From NCBI GenBank assembly GCA_029265905.1, contig JAJUGR010000005.1, positions 68,753 through 132,752 of the forward strand: a stretch of DNA of 64,000 bases. Reading direction: 5' to 3'. The notes below the pieces were generated by a model. That model saw only the letters and a list, made by a program, of their open reading frames with translations. It ran no database searches and had not been told where the DNA came from. The DNA comes from Sporomusaceae bacterium. Lineage in GTDB: Bacteria > Bacillota > Negativicutes > Acidaminococcales > JAJUGR01. Positions 31,447-40,816 of this stretch are shown here, one piece after another (the stretch's first letter is position 1; the number at the start of each line of letters is the position of its first letter). A program made the position numbers and the translations under genes.

Positions 31447-34400
31447 ATGGAAATGACAGGTCTTCCCCCTCGTCAAGGTCTTTATGACCCGATTTATGAA
31501 CATGATGCGTGTGGCATCGGCTGTGTGGTCAATATTAAGGGCAAGAAGTCAAATAAGATTTTGACGCAGGCACTTGATATCTTGGTCAATCTTGACCATC
31601 GGGGAGGACTTGGTGCGGACCCCGAGACAGGCGACGGCGCCGGCATTTTAATCCAGATTCCCCATGAATTTTACGCTAACGAATGTGCGGCCCTTGGCTT
31701 CGAATTGCCGCCTGCCGGGATGTACGGAGTCGGCATGCTGTTCACGTCTCCGGACCCGGTTGAACAAAAAGCCTGCCAGGAACAACTGGAATCAATCATA
31801 GCGCAAGAAGGTCAGATTCTGCTTGGGTGGCGCGAAGTGCCGGTTGATACCTTGGTGCCCGGCCGCATCGCCCGTTCCGCCCAACCGCGGATCCGGCAGG
31901 TGTTTATCGCCCCGAATCCGACGATTTTGGAGCAGATGGAAAAAGACGACCTGGTCTTCGAGCGTCGATTATATGTAATCCGCAAGCAGGCGGAAAAACT
32001 CATTCGCCGCGCCGGGATGAGCGAGTATTTCTACTTCCCGAGCCTCTCGTGCCGCAAGGTTGTTTACAAAGGCATGCTGACGCCGGCGCAACTCGGCAAC
32101 TTCTATCTGGATTTGAAGAATCCAGGCCTTACAACCGCGATCGCCATGGTTCACTCCCGTTTCAGCACCAATACCTTCCCGAACTGGGAGCGCGCGCATC
32201 CGTACCGGTACGTGATGCATAATGGCGAGATCAACACGCTGCGCGGCAACATCAACTGGATGAAGGCCAGGGAAGCGATGTGCCAATCGCCGATCTTCAA
32301 CGGCGACATGCACAAGCTGCTGCCGATTGTCGATGAAAACGGCAGTGATTCAGGCATGTTTGACAACTGCCTTGAATTCTTGAGCCTGACGGGCCGCTCC
32401 TTGCCCCATTCGATGATGATGATGATACCGGAACCTTGGAGCAAGCATGAGGGCATGAGCGATGCCAAAAAAGCCTTCTACGAATATCACAGCTGCATGA
32501 TGGAGCCATGGGATGGCCCGGCGGCCATGGGCTTTACTGACGGCCGCATCGTCGGCGCTGTCCTGGATCGCAACGGCTTGCGTCCTTCGCGCTATTATGT
32601 GACGAAAGACGATACGCTCATTTTGGCGTCCGAGGTTGGTGTTCTCGACGTTCCGCCGGAAAAAATCCTCCGCAAGGAACGGCTTCGTCCCGGCAGGATG
32701 CTGCTGGTCGACACCGTGGCGGGCGAAATCTACAATGACGACCAAATTAAGACGCCGATTGCGATGGAAAAACCTTATCGCCAGTGGCTTGACCAATATA
32801 TGATCAATCTCGACAACATGCCGTCCGGCACCTTGCCTGAGTCTTTTGACGAAGAAGAGCTGCTCCGCTATCAGCAGGCGTTCGGTTACACGTACGAAGA
32901 CCTCAACAAGATGATCGTGCCGCTCGCGCAAGATGGAGTCGATCCGGTTGGTTCGATGGGCAACGATATCCCACTGGCCGTTCTGTCCGACAAGCCGCAG
33001 TTGCTCTATAACTACTTCAAGCAATTGTTTGCGCAGGTCACGAACCCGCCGATTGATGCGTTGCGGGAAGAGATCTTCACCGACACCGGCATCACGATCG
33101 GACCGGAACGCAATTTGATTGACCCGCAGCCCGACAGCTGCCGCCAGGTTAAGATGGACCAGCCGATCATCAGCGATGAAGAGCTGAGCAAAATCAAGCA
33201 CCTGGGCTATGGCTTCTTCCGCTCTATCACTTTCCCGATCCTCTATGATGTGGCGCGGGGCAAAGAAGGCATGGAGGATGCGCTTGCTGAATTAGGCAGG
33301 GCTGCTGACCGGGCGATTCAGGAAGGCTACAACCTGTTCATTTTATCCGACCGCGGCGTTAGCGAGGAGAAAGCGGCTATCCCGGCCTTGCTGGCGGTTT
33401 CCAGCCTGCACCACCGCATGATCAAAAACCAAACGCGCTTGAAGACCAGCTTGATTCTCGAATCGGCGGAACCGCGCGAAATTCACCATTTTGCCATGCT
33501 CGTCGGTTATGGCGTCAGCGGCATCAATCCGTACCTCGTGTTCCAGACGCTAGATGACTTGATTGAGCGTGGCTTTATCACCGGGGTAACCCGTGAACAG
33601 GCGAGAAAGAATTATATCAAGTCGGTAACCAAGGGCTTGGCCAAAATTCTTTCCAAAATGGGCATTTCGACCGTCCAGGGCTACCAAGGCGCGCAAATTT
33701 TCGAGGCGGTCGGGATCAGCAAAGCCGTCATCGACCGCTATTTCAGCGGCACGCCGTCGCGCGTCGGCGGCATCGGTCTGGCTGAGATTGCCGAGGAAGC
33801 GGCGGCGCGCCATCATCGGGCGTTTTCGGCGCAGCCGGGCCTTGACGACAGCCTGGAAACCGGTTCGCTGTATCAATGGCGCAGCCAGGGCGAAAAGCAC
33901 ATGTTCAACCCGCAAAGCATTATCATGCTGCAGCAAGCCTGCCGCAATAACGACTATGAGCTCTTCAAAGAGTACTCGGCGTTGATGGACAACGCGAAGG
34001 ACGAACCGTACGTGCTTCGCAACCTGCTGGGCTTTAAAAAGGGCCGCAAAGCGGTTCCGCTGGAGGAAGTGGAGTCGGTGGAGAGCATTTGCCACCGCTT
34101 CAAGACCGGCGCCATGTCGTTCGGCTCCATCAGCAAGGAAGTGCACGAGTGCATGGCGATTGCCATGAACCGGATTGGCGGCAAGAGCAACAGCGGCGAG
34201 GGCGGTGAAGATCCGGAACGCTTCCTCCCGGATGCCAATGGCGATTCGCGCCGCAGCGCGATCAAGCAGGTCGCCTCGGGACGCTTTGGCGTATCGAGCC
34301 ACTATTTGGTGAATGCCGATGAAATTCAAATCAAAATGGCTCAGGGCGCTAAGCCGGGCGAAGGCGGGCAGCTGCCGGGCCGCAAGGTTTATCCGTGGGT

Positions 34401-36054
34401 CGCCAAGGTGCGCAACACGACGGCGGGTGTTGGGCTTATTTCGCCGCCCCCGCATCACGATATTTATTCGATCGAAGACCTGTCCGAATTGATCCACGAC
34501 CTCAAAAACGCCAACCCCCGCGCCCGGATCAGCGTCAAACTGGTATCGGAAGTCGGTGTCGGCACGATTGCCGCCGGTGTGGCCAAGGCGAGGGCGGACG
34601 TCATCCTGATCAGTGGTTATGATGGCGGCACGGGCGCTTCGCCGAGAACGAGCATTCGTCATGCCGGGTTGCCTTGGGAGCTCGGTCTGGCGGAAACGCA
34701 TCAGACGCTCTTGCTCAATGGTTTGCGCGACCGCGTTGTCGTCGAGACCGACGGCAAGCTGATGACGGGACGCGATGTTGTTTTGGCGGCCTTGCTGGGG
34801 GCCGAGGAATTCGGCTTTGCCACTGCTCCGCTGGTTGTGCTCGGCTGCGTCATGATGCGCATTTGCAACCTCGATACGTGCCCGGTCGGCGTGGCGACAC
34901 AAAATCCGGAGCTGCGCAAAAACTTCACGGGCAAGCCGGAGCACTTGGTGAACTTCATGCGCTTTGTCGCACAGCAGGTGCGGGAAATCATGGCCGAACT
35001 CGGCTTCCGCACCGTCAATGAAATGGTCGGTCAAACACAGGTGCTGGAATCTGTCGCCTCAGAGAGCCACGGCAAAGCGGCGACGCTTGATTTGTCCAGC
35101 TTGCTCCATCAGCCGTCTGTGCCGGCGTCGTACGGGCGCTACTGCAGCAAAAAGCAAGACCACCGGCTGGAACAGTCGCTGGATATGACCAAGCTGCTTG
35201 GGATTTGCAAGCCGGCCATTGAGTCAGGCGCTTCTGTCACGGCGCACTTGCCGGTGCAAAATACGAACCGGGTAGTGGGAACCATTCTCGGCAGCGAAAT
35301 CACGCGCAAATATGGCGCGCAAGGTTTGCCGGAAGATACGATCCGCTTGTATTTCAACGGTTCGGCCGGACAAAGCTTCGGCGCCTTTTTGCCCAAGGGC
35401 GTGACGATGACGCTCTCCGGCGACACGAACGATCACCTGGGCAAGGGCCTGTCTGGCGGCAAGCTGATTGTTGCCCCGCCCCCGGGCAGCTTCTTCCCAG
35501 CGGAGAAAAATGTCATTACGGGCAATGTCGCCCTCTACGGCGCTATTTCCGGCGAGGCTTATCTGAGAGGCGTGGCGGGCGAGCGTTTTGCGGTCCGCAA
35601 CAGCGGCGCTACCGCAGTTGTCGAGGGCGTCGGTGATAACGGGTGCGAGTATATGACGGGCGGCAAGGTGGTTGTCCTGGGCCGCGTCGGCCGGAACTTT
35701 GCAGCCGGCATGTCCGGCGGTATTGCGTATGTCTACGATGAAAGTGGTTACTTCCCGCGGCGGTGCAACACGCAAATGGTCATGCTGGAAAAACTTGAGG
35801 ATGCGGAAGAGATTGAAGCGCTTCGCCAGCTGATTGAAAATCATTTGCTGTTGACCCAAAGCGCGGTGGCGGCAAAAATGCTGGCCGACTGGGACAATAC
35901 CCATGGTCATTTCGTCCGCGTTATTCCCAAAGATTACAAGCGGATGATCCGCTACATTACTGATTTCCGCAAACAGGGCCTTGATGAAGACGAAGCCATC
36001 ATGGCAGCGTTTGAAGAAAACAAAAATGATCAGTCCCGTGTGGGCGGCAATTAA
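31447..36054 (+). CDS. gltB: Glutamate synthase large subunit
   Basis: EHDACG Ntn Cys, [19 protein letters not shown], 3Fe-4S Cys motif, GXGXG domain. Confidence 0.98.
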   Translation: MEMTGLPPRQGLYDPIYEHDACGIGCVVNIKGKKSNKILTQALDILVNLDHRGGLGADPETGDGAGILIQIPHEFYANECAALGFELPPAGMYGVGMLFTSPDPVEQKACQEQLESIIAQEGQILLGWREVPVDTLVPGRIARSAQPRIRQVFIAPNPTILEQMEKDDLVFERRLYVIRKQAEKLIRRAGMSEYFYFPSLSCRKVVYKGMLTPAQLGNFYLDLKNPGLTTAIAMVHSRFSTNTFPNWERAHPYRYVMHNGEINTLRGNINWMKAREAMCQSPIFNGDMHKLLPIVDENGSDSGMFDNCLEFLSLTGRSLPHSMMMMIPEPWSKHEGMSDAKKAFYEYHSCMMEPWDGPAAMGFTDGRIVGAVLDRNGLRPSRYYVTKDDTLILASEVGVLDVPPEKILRKERLRPGRMLLVDTVAGEIYNDDQIKTPIAMEKPYRQWLDQYMINLDNMPSGTLPESFDEEELLRYQQAFGYTYEDLNKMIVPLAQDGVDPVGSMGNDIPLAVLSDKPQLLYNYFKQLFAQVTNPPIDALREEIFTDTGITIGPERNLIDPQPDSCRQVKMDQPIISDEELSKIKHLGYGFFRSITFPILYDVARGKEGMEDALAELGRAADRAIQEGYNLFILSDRGVSEEKAAIPALLAVSSLHHRMIKNQTRLKTSLILESAEPREIHHFAMLVGYGVSGINPYLVFQTLDDLIERGFITGVTREQARKNYIKSVTKGLAKILSKMGISTVQGYQGAQIFEAVGISKAVIDRYFSGTPSRVGGIGLAEIAEEAAARHHRAFSAQPGLDDSLETGSLYQWRSQGEKHMFNPQSIIMLQQACRNNDYELFKEYSALMDNAKDEPYVLRNLLGFKKGRKAVPLEEVESVESICHRFKTGAMSFGSISKEVHECMAIAMNRIGGKSNSGEGGEDPERFLPDANGDSRRSAIKQVASGRFGVSSHYLVNADEIQIKMAQGAKPGEGGQLPGRKVYPWVAKVRNTTAGVGLISPPPHHDIYSIEDLSELIHDLKNANPRARISVKLVSEVGVGTIAAGVAKARADVILISGYDGGTGASPRTSIRHAGLPWELGLAETHQTLLLNGLRDRVVVETDGKLMTGRDVVLAALLGAEEFGFATAPLVVLGCVMMRICNLDTCPVGVATQNPELRKNFTGKPEHLVNFMRFVAQQVREIMAELGFRTVNEMVGQTQVLESVASESHGKAATLDLSSLLHQPSVPASYGRYCSKKQDHRLEQSLDMTKLLGICKPAIESGASVTAHLPVQNTNRVVGTILGSEITRKYGAQGLPEDTIRLYFNGSAGQSFGAFLPKGVTMTLSGDTNDHLGKGLSGGKLIVAPPPGSFFPAEKNVITGNVALYGAISGEAYLRGVAGERFAVRNSGATAVVEGVGDNGCEYMTGGKVVVLGRVGRNFAAGMSGGIAYVYDESGYFPRRCNTQMVMLEKLEDAEEIEALRQLIENHLLLTQSAVAAKMLADWDNTHGHFVRVIPKDYKRMIRYITDFRKQGLDEDEAIMAAFEENKNDQSRVGGN

Positions 36055-36086
36055 CAAACAATATTGAGTGAGCGGGAGGAATCGCC

Positions 36087-37574
36087 ATGGGTAAACCAAC
36101 TGGATTTTTAGACTACCAGCGTGTGCTTCCGGGTTACCGGGACCCGCTGGTGCGGATACAGGACTGGCAGGAAATCGCCGGCGATACGGACGAAATTCAA
36201 CTGCAGCAGCAGGCTGCGCGGTGCATGGATTGCGGCACGCCGTTTTGCCATACGGGGTGCTTGGTAGGGGGCAAACCAACCGGCTGCCCCTTGCACAACC
36301 TCATGCCGGAATGGAACGACTTGGTCTACCGGGGAATGTGGGCGGAAGCGTTTGCCCGCCTGGAAAAAACCAACAACTTCCCTGAGTTCACCGGCCATGT
36401 CTGTCCGGCTCCGTGTGAAGGTTCCTGCACGGCCGGATTGGTAACGGATCCTGTTACGATCCGCAACATTGAAAAGCATATCATTGAAAAGGCTTTTGAG
36501 GACAATGTCATTGCGCCCAAGCCGCCGAAGGTGCGGACCGGCAAAAAGGTTGCCGTTATCGGTTCCGGACCGGCCGGGCTTGCTTGTGCCGCCCAGCTTA
36601 ACAAAGCCGGACATTCCGTGACTGTTTTTGAGCGTGCCGACAAACCGGGCGGTTTGCTGATGTACGGCATTCCCAACATGAAGCTGGACAAAAAAATTGT
36701 CACGCGCCGCATACGGCTCCTGCAGCAAGAAGGCGTCACCTTTATCAACAACATTGAAGTCGGCAAAGACTACGACGCCAAGCAACTGATCGCCGAGCAT
36801 GATGCGGTTGTGCTGGCAACCGGGTCTACGCGGCCGCGCGACCTGCCGATCGAGGGGCGGGAGAGCAAAGGCATTTATCCGGCCATGCAGTATCTTGCCG
36901 CCAACACAAAGCAAATCTTGACGCCAAGCCAGCAATGTCCGACTTACGTTAACGCTAAAGGCAAGGACGTGCTCGTAATCGGCGGCGGCGACACGGGGAC
37001 TGACTGTGTCGCTACGGCCTTGCGCCAGGGCGCAAAGAGCGTCAATCAACTGGAAATCATGTCGTGTCCGCCGCCGAAGCGGGCTGCGGCAAACCCTTGG
37101 CCGCAGTATCCAAATGTTTGGAAACAAGACTACGGCCAGGAAGAAGCGGAAGCGTTGACTGGCCAGGATCCGCGCCAATACTGCATTTCGACAAAGAAAT
37201 TTGTTGCGGACAAGCACGGAAATATCAAGGAAGTGCATACCATTGGCGTCGAGTGGGCCGCTGACGAACAAGGCCGCACTGTATGCCGGGAGATTCCCGG
37301 CTCGGAAAAAGTCTGGCCGGCGCAGCTTGTGCTGCTGGCAATGGGTTTTCTTGGCCCAGAGGGCGAACTGTTGCAGCAAATGGGGATCGAGCAGGATGCC
37401 CGCAGCAATATCAATGCCGCTTACGGCGAGTACAAAACCAACATTAACGGCGTGTTTGCCGCCGGTGATGCCCGGCGCGGACAAAGTCTGGTCGTATGGG
37501 CCATTCACGAGGGCCGGGGCGCGGCAAAAGCCTGCGATGCCTACCTCATGGGGTCGACAAATCTGTCAGATTAA
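36087..37574 (+). CDS. gltD: Glutamate synthase small subunit
   Basis: MGKPTGF, RCMDCG, GSGPAG, GGGDTG, RRGQSLVVWAI. Confidence 0.97.
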   Translation: MGKPTGFLDYQRVLPGYRDPLVRIQDWQEIAGDTDEIQLQQQAARCMDCGTPFCHTGCLVGGKPTGCPLHNLMPEWNDLVYRGMWAEAFARLEKTNNFPEFTGHVCPAPCEGSCTAGLVTDPVTIRNIEKHIIEKAFEDNVIAPKPPKVRTGKKVAVIGSGPAGLACAAQLNKAGHSVTVFERADKPGGLLMYGIPNMKLDKKIVTRRIRLLQQEGVTFINNIEVGKDYDAKQLIAEHDAVVLATGSTRPRDLPIEGRESKGIYPAMQYLAANTKQILTPSQQCPTYVNAKGKDVLVIGGGDTGTDCVATALRQGAKSVNQLEIMSCPPPKRAAANPWPQYPNVWKQDYGQEEAEALTGQDPRQYCISTKKFVADKHGNIKEVHTIGVEWAADEQGRTVCREIPGSEKVWPAQLVLLAMGFLGPEGELLQQMGIEQDARSNINAAYGEYKTNINGVFAAGDARRGQSLVVWAIHEGRGAAKACDAYLMGSTNLSD

Positions 37575-37578
37575 GCAC

Positions 37579-37620
37579 AAAAAAAGAGAAAGTGCGCGAT
37601 TAGCCGCTTTCTCTTTTTTG
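37579..37620 (+). terminator. Intrinsic terminator after gltD
   Basis: AAAAAAGAGAAAG...CTTTCTCTTTTTT hairpin. Confidence 0.75.
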
Positions 37621-37654
37621 TGCGGGGCGATTTTAATCCGTTGCTGACAGTTCC

Positions 37655-37683
37655 TTGACGTGGTTTTTTCCGCTGGCTATAAT
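37655..37683 (+). promoter_or_regulatory. Sigma-A promoter of the 113-aa ORF
   Basis: TTGACG-17-TATAAT. Confidence 0.8.
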
Positions 37684-37722
37684 GACAAGTGTGGGATAAG
37701 AATCATTTACAGGAGGATTTTC

Positions 37723-38064
37723 ATGAGAGAAGACTTGGTTGTACCGGGCGAGTCCAGTGAAAAAGAATCCATAGCAATTGGCAGCCGCGTCATCGTTGAA
37801 CCATTTTCTCCTTTGCTTGACCGGATGCGGGTGGAAAAACCAGAATTGGTTGCCGGCTTGGAGACCCTGCGGGATCTGGTGGGGGGAGAAAGCTTTGAAA
37901 AATATTTCAACAGCTTGCAGTCTATAAAAAAAGATGAAAAAAACGTGATGCTGATTACCGATAATGAAATGAAGCGGACAGCCATTGAACGACAGTACAT
38001 CGGCGCTTTGCAGCAGGCGTTCGCCGTACAATATGTGCGGATTGTCTGCCAACCCGCTTTTTAA
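37723..38064 (+). CDS. Hypothetical 113-aa protein, possible DnaA domain-I-like fold
   Basis: AGGAGG RBS, own promoter and terminator; pattern L..L...V....F.KYF..L......V.L...N......IER.Y...L. Confidence 0.75.
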   Translation: MREDLVVPGESSEKESIAIGSRVIVEPFSPLLDRMRVEKPELVAGLETLRDLVGGESFEKYFNSLQSIKKDEKNVMLITDNEMKRTAIERQYIGALQQAFAVQYVRIVCQPAF

Positions 38065-38113
38065 GAAAAACAAGTCTCCCGAAACGGCCGTTTCGGGAGA
38101 CTTGTTTTTCTTA
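38062..38113. terminator. Bidirectional terminator; perfect 52-bp palindrome
   Basis: TAAGAAAAACAAGTCTCCCGAAACGG|CCGTTTCGGGAGACTTGTTTTTCTTA between convergent genes. Confidence 0.88.
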
Positions 38114-38122
38114 GCACGGGAG

Positions 38123-38671
38123 TTATTTGTTGAAGTGCCTGTCCAGGAGGCCTTTGAACGCCGCGCCGTGGCGGGCTTCGTCCTTGCACATTTCATGCAC
38201 CGTGTCATGAATGGCATCGAGGTTCAGCTCCTTCGCCCGTTTGGCCAGCGCAAGCTTGCCCTGGCAGGCGCCGTACTCGGCGTCGACGCGCAACTCCAGG
38301 TTCTTTTTCGTTGAAGAGGTGACCACCTCGCCAAGCAGTTCGGCAAATTTCGCGGCATGCTCCGCCTCTTCATAGGCAATGCGCTTGTAGGCTTCAGCCA
38401 CTTCCGGGAAGCCCTCCCGGTCGGCTTGACGGCTCATCGCCAGGTACATGCCGACTTCGGTGCATTCGCCAACAAAGTTCATCTTCAGCCCTTCAATAAT
38501 TTGGGGGTCAACACCCGCGGCTACGCCGACTCTATGCTCATCAGCCCAAGCGAGGGCGGCAGCGGACTGCTCGATAAACTTGGCTGCCGGCGCCTTGCAG
38601 AGCGGGCACATTTCCGGAGCGGAATCGCCTTCATGAACATAGCCACAAATAGTGCATACATACTTTTTCAT
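38123..38671 (-). CDS. Reverse rubrerythrin (NADH peroxidase, Rbr3-type)
   Basis: N-terminal CTICG...CPLC rubredoxin domain then diiron domain [21 protein letters not shown]. Confidence 0.93.
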   Translation of the reverse strand: MKKYVCTICGYVHEGDSAPEMCPLCKAPAAKFIEQSAAALAWADEHRVGVAAGVDPQIIEGLKMNFVGECTEVGMYLAMSRQADREGFPEVAEAYKRIAYEEAEHAAKFAELLGEVVTSSTKKNLELRVDAEYGACQGKLALAKRAKELNLDAIHDTVHEMCKDEARHGAAFKGLLDRHFNK

Positions 38672-38687
38672 CTACATCTCTCCTGTC

Positions 38688-38746
38688 GATAATTATTATT
38701 AACTAATCACGTTTATTATAATAATCTCTCGCGATCAAAAATGCAA
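38688..38746 (-). promoter_or_regulatory. Rubrerythrin promoter with Fur/PerR-like AT-rich operator
   Basis: TTGCAT-17-TATTAT on minus; GATAATTATTATTAA and palindromic TTATTATAATAA overlap the -10/+1 region. Confidence 0.55.
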
Positions 38747-38844
38747 GTAAAAAGTTGTTTCCCTGCTGAATAATTTTACAAGCAGGAATCTGCCGTTTTT
38801 GCGCTTAATATATGGCTATGAAGAGCAGTAGAGGAGGTGTGGAC

Positions 38845-39417
38845 ATGTGGGCAAGGTGGTTGGTTCTACTGGCGGTGCTGTTTTTCCCCGTGCAAGCAAG
38901 GGCGGCAAGTGAACCTGTTTCGGTTTTTGACGCCCGCCCCATTTCAATCGTTATAGAAACGAGTGAGCGTCTGAGTCCGCCGGTGCAGGACAAATTGCTC
39001 GAGCTGTACCGATGGACTTTTCGGCTGCCCGCTTACGACAAACAGCCCTTCAGCGAACCGATAGCGCTGAAGAAAGGCTATAACCCGCTGCAGGATCGCA
39101 AGGGGAATATTGCCGCTGGGGCCGTGCGGGAGCATATGGCTAAAGCAAACTTGCAACGGCTGGTTTTATTGCGCATCGATGAGTTGAGTTCTTTTATTTA
39201 TCATCATTGGTCGATTTTTGATGAGGATGACGTCGAAATTGAGGAGGCGCGCGTGCAGGCTGTGGCCACATTGGTTGACCAGGATGGCCGTGTGCTTTTG
39301 CAACGGAAAATTCGGCGCTGGGAGCGGCGCGAATACACGGTTGACAGCGGGCCCGTCCCGCTGCTGCTGGAAGAATGGGAGCGATTTTTGAAAGAAGCGG
39401 GAACAACCAACAACTAG
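38845..39417 (+). CDS. Hypothetical exported protein
   Basis: GGAGGTG RBS; signal peptide MWARWLVLLAVLFFPVQARA. Confidence 0.75.
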   Translation: MWARWLVLLAVLFFPVQARAASEPVSVFDARPISIVIETSERLSPPVQDKLLELYRWTFRLPAYDKQPFSEPIALKKGYNPLQDRKGNIAAGAVREHMAKANLQRLVLLRIDELSSFIYHHWSIFDEDDVEIEEARVQAVATLVDQDGRVLLQRKIRRWERREYTVDSGPVPLLLEEWERFLKEAGTTNN

Positions 39418-39457
39418 ATATAGACAATGTTATTGGTTGTTTAACTAAATATAGTGC
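39411..39457 (+). promoter_or_regulatory. Tandem NrdR-type boxes
   Basis: CAACTAGATATAGACA (39411-39426) and TAACTAAATATAGTGC (39442-39457), 31 bp apart, matching acaCwAtATaTwGtg. Confidence 0.75.
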
Positions 39458-39466
39458 AACCGCCCC

Positions 39467-39495
39467 TTTACAGCGGAAAAACAATCTTATATACT
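39467..39495 (+). promoter_or_regulatory. Sigma-A promoter of the small NrdD-like gene
   Basis: TTTACA-17-TATACT. Confidence 0.75.
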
Positions 39496-39526
39496 AAAAA
39501 CAATCAAAACAGAGGGGGCGTTCGAT

Positions 39527-39799
39527 GTGCTATTTGAGTACCATGGTGTGCAGGTTATTCATCCCGACAATATGGATGAAATGGAAGCGAAAGAATATGT
39601 CGATGAACAGCTGAAGTTAATGCCGACAAAAATGTTGACACGGGTGGAGTTATCTTTCGAAGGCGATGAGGTGCTGATTCGTCCGCGCTACAATACCATC
39701 AACCGGGTGCGCCGCATTACCGGTTATCTGAGCACGATTAGCAAGTTCAATGATGCGAAAAAAGCCGAAGCGCATGATCGAGTTGCTCACGTGCTGTAA
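39527..39799 (+). CDS. Stand-alone glycyl-radical-loop protein homologous to the class III RNR (NrdD) C-terminus
   Basis: RRITGYL...FNDAKKAEAHDRVAH at the C-terminus; AGAGGGGG RBS, GTG start, 90 aa, no Cys. Confidence 0.85.
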   Translation: MLFEYHGVQVIHPDNMDEMEAKEYVDEQLKLMPTKMLTRVELSFEGDEVLIRPRYNTINRVRRITGYLSTISKFNDAKKAEAHDRVAHVL

Positions 39800-39826
39800 G
39801 CGGGCGCCGTTTTGACAATAAGCTGT

Positions 39827-39865
39827 GAGGAGGCTGTCTCAGTAAAAGGAGACGGCTTCTTTTTT
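39827..39865 (+). terminator. Intrinsic terminator after the small NrdD-like gene
   Basis: GAGGCTGTCTC-loop-GAGACGGCTTC followed by T-run. Confidence 0.8.
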
Positions 39866-39870
39866 ATTCG

Positions 39871-39914
39871 CGTGATACTTGTCACATCCAAGGCGTTCGC
39901 CCCTGCGATAAAAT
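39871..39914 (+). promoter_or_regulatory. Crp/Fnr-family (HcpR-like) site with -10 element
   Basis: cGTGA-tacttg-TCACA at 39871-39886 and TAAAAT at 39909-39914 (class II geometry). Confidence 0.55.
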
Positions 39915-39955
39915 AATATTTGAAAATTTGCCCACGGACAGGCTACGGTGGCCGT

Positions 39956-40045
39956 TTTGCCGGCAACTACGGCAACGCCTGGCGGCTGCAGGACAAAGAG
40001 TTTGGGACGTTCAACGGACCGATCATGATGACGACCAACTGCCTC
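39956..40045 (+). pseudogene. hcp: Internal fragment of hybrid cluster protein (hydroxylamine reductase)
   Basis: [30 protein letters not shown] matches the Hcp signature GNYGxAW...EF..F.GPI.MTTNC; flanks not recognisably Hcp. Confidence 0.8.
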
Positions 40046-40286
40046 GCGACGTGCATCTTTCACATCGAACTGCTTCGTGCCCTCAATGCTGCGCGGCTGC
40101 TTCGCTTTAATCTTGAGCGCTGGCAGCCCGGCGGCGCGCGGCAGCCTAGGGGCGACTGGCGAAAATAAATGCAACTTTAAGCCCTGCTGCGGCAGGGTTT
40201 TCGCTTTCCGCGAAGCAGGCTTGCTTGGTTCTCTGGCGTGATCGTGATAATATGAAAGGGTAGATTACGAAGAAGGAGTGGTCCTT

Positions 40287-40778
40287 GTGGCTAAAGACTC
40301 ATCATTTGACGTTGTATCGGAGGTCGATTTTCAGGAACTGGATAATGCCGTTAATCAGGCGGTGAAGGAAATTACGCAACGCTATGATTTTAAGGGCGCG
40401 GTTGCAGAAATGGAACTGGAAGATAAGAAAATCAAGCTATTGGCTTCTGACGAATACAAATTGGAGGTCATGCTGGATATCCTACGGATCAAAATGGGCA
40501 AGCGCGGCGTTCCGCTGCGCTGCTTGACGCCGGGCAAGATTGAACCGGCAGCCAAAGGCGCGGTCCGCCAAGTGATCACGGTGGAAAGCGGCATCGCCAA
40601 GGAGAAGGCCAAAGACATTGTCGCGGCCGTGAAAGCGATGAAACTGAAGGTCCAGGCGCAAATGATGGACGATAAGGTCCGGGTAACGGGGGCGAAAAAA
40701 GATGATTTGCAGGCCGTCATCCAGCTTTTGAAGCAACAGGACTTTGGCGTTGACTTGCAGTTCATCAATTTCCGTTAA
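40287..40778 (+). CDS. yajQ: YajQ-family nucleotide/c-di-GMP-binding protein
   Basis: [39 protein letters not shown]. Confidence 0.95.
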   Translation: MAKDSSFDVVSEVDFQELDNAVNQAVKEITQRYDFKGAVAEMELEDKKIKLLASDEYKLEVMLDILRIKMGKRGVPLRCLTPGKIEPAAKGAVRQVITVESGIAKEKAKDIVAAVKAMKLKVQAQMMDDKVRVTGAKKDDLQAVIQLLKQQDFGVDLQFINFR

Positions 40779-40816
40779 GGGACATATTGGCACAAGAAAT
40801 CAAATAGTGGGGGAAT

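Noticed and set aside
33550-37508. Long antisense ORFs (494, 351, 466 aa) opposite gltB/gltD, and similar ones opposite proB, thrS and ktrAB
   Set aside because: Shadow frames of GC3-rich, well-conserved sense genes; no RBS or recognisable motifs.
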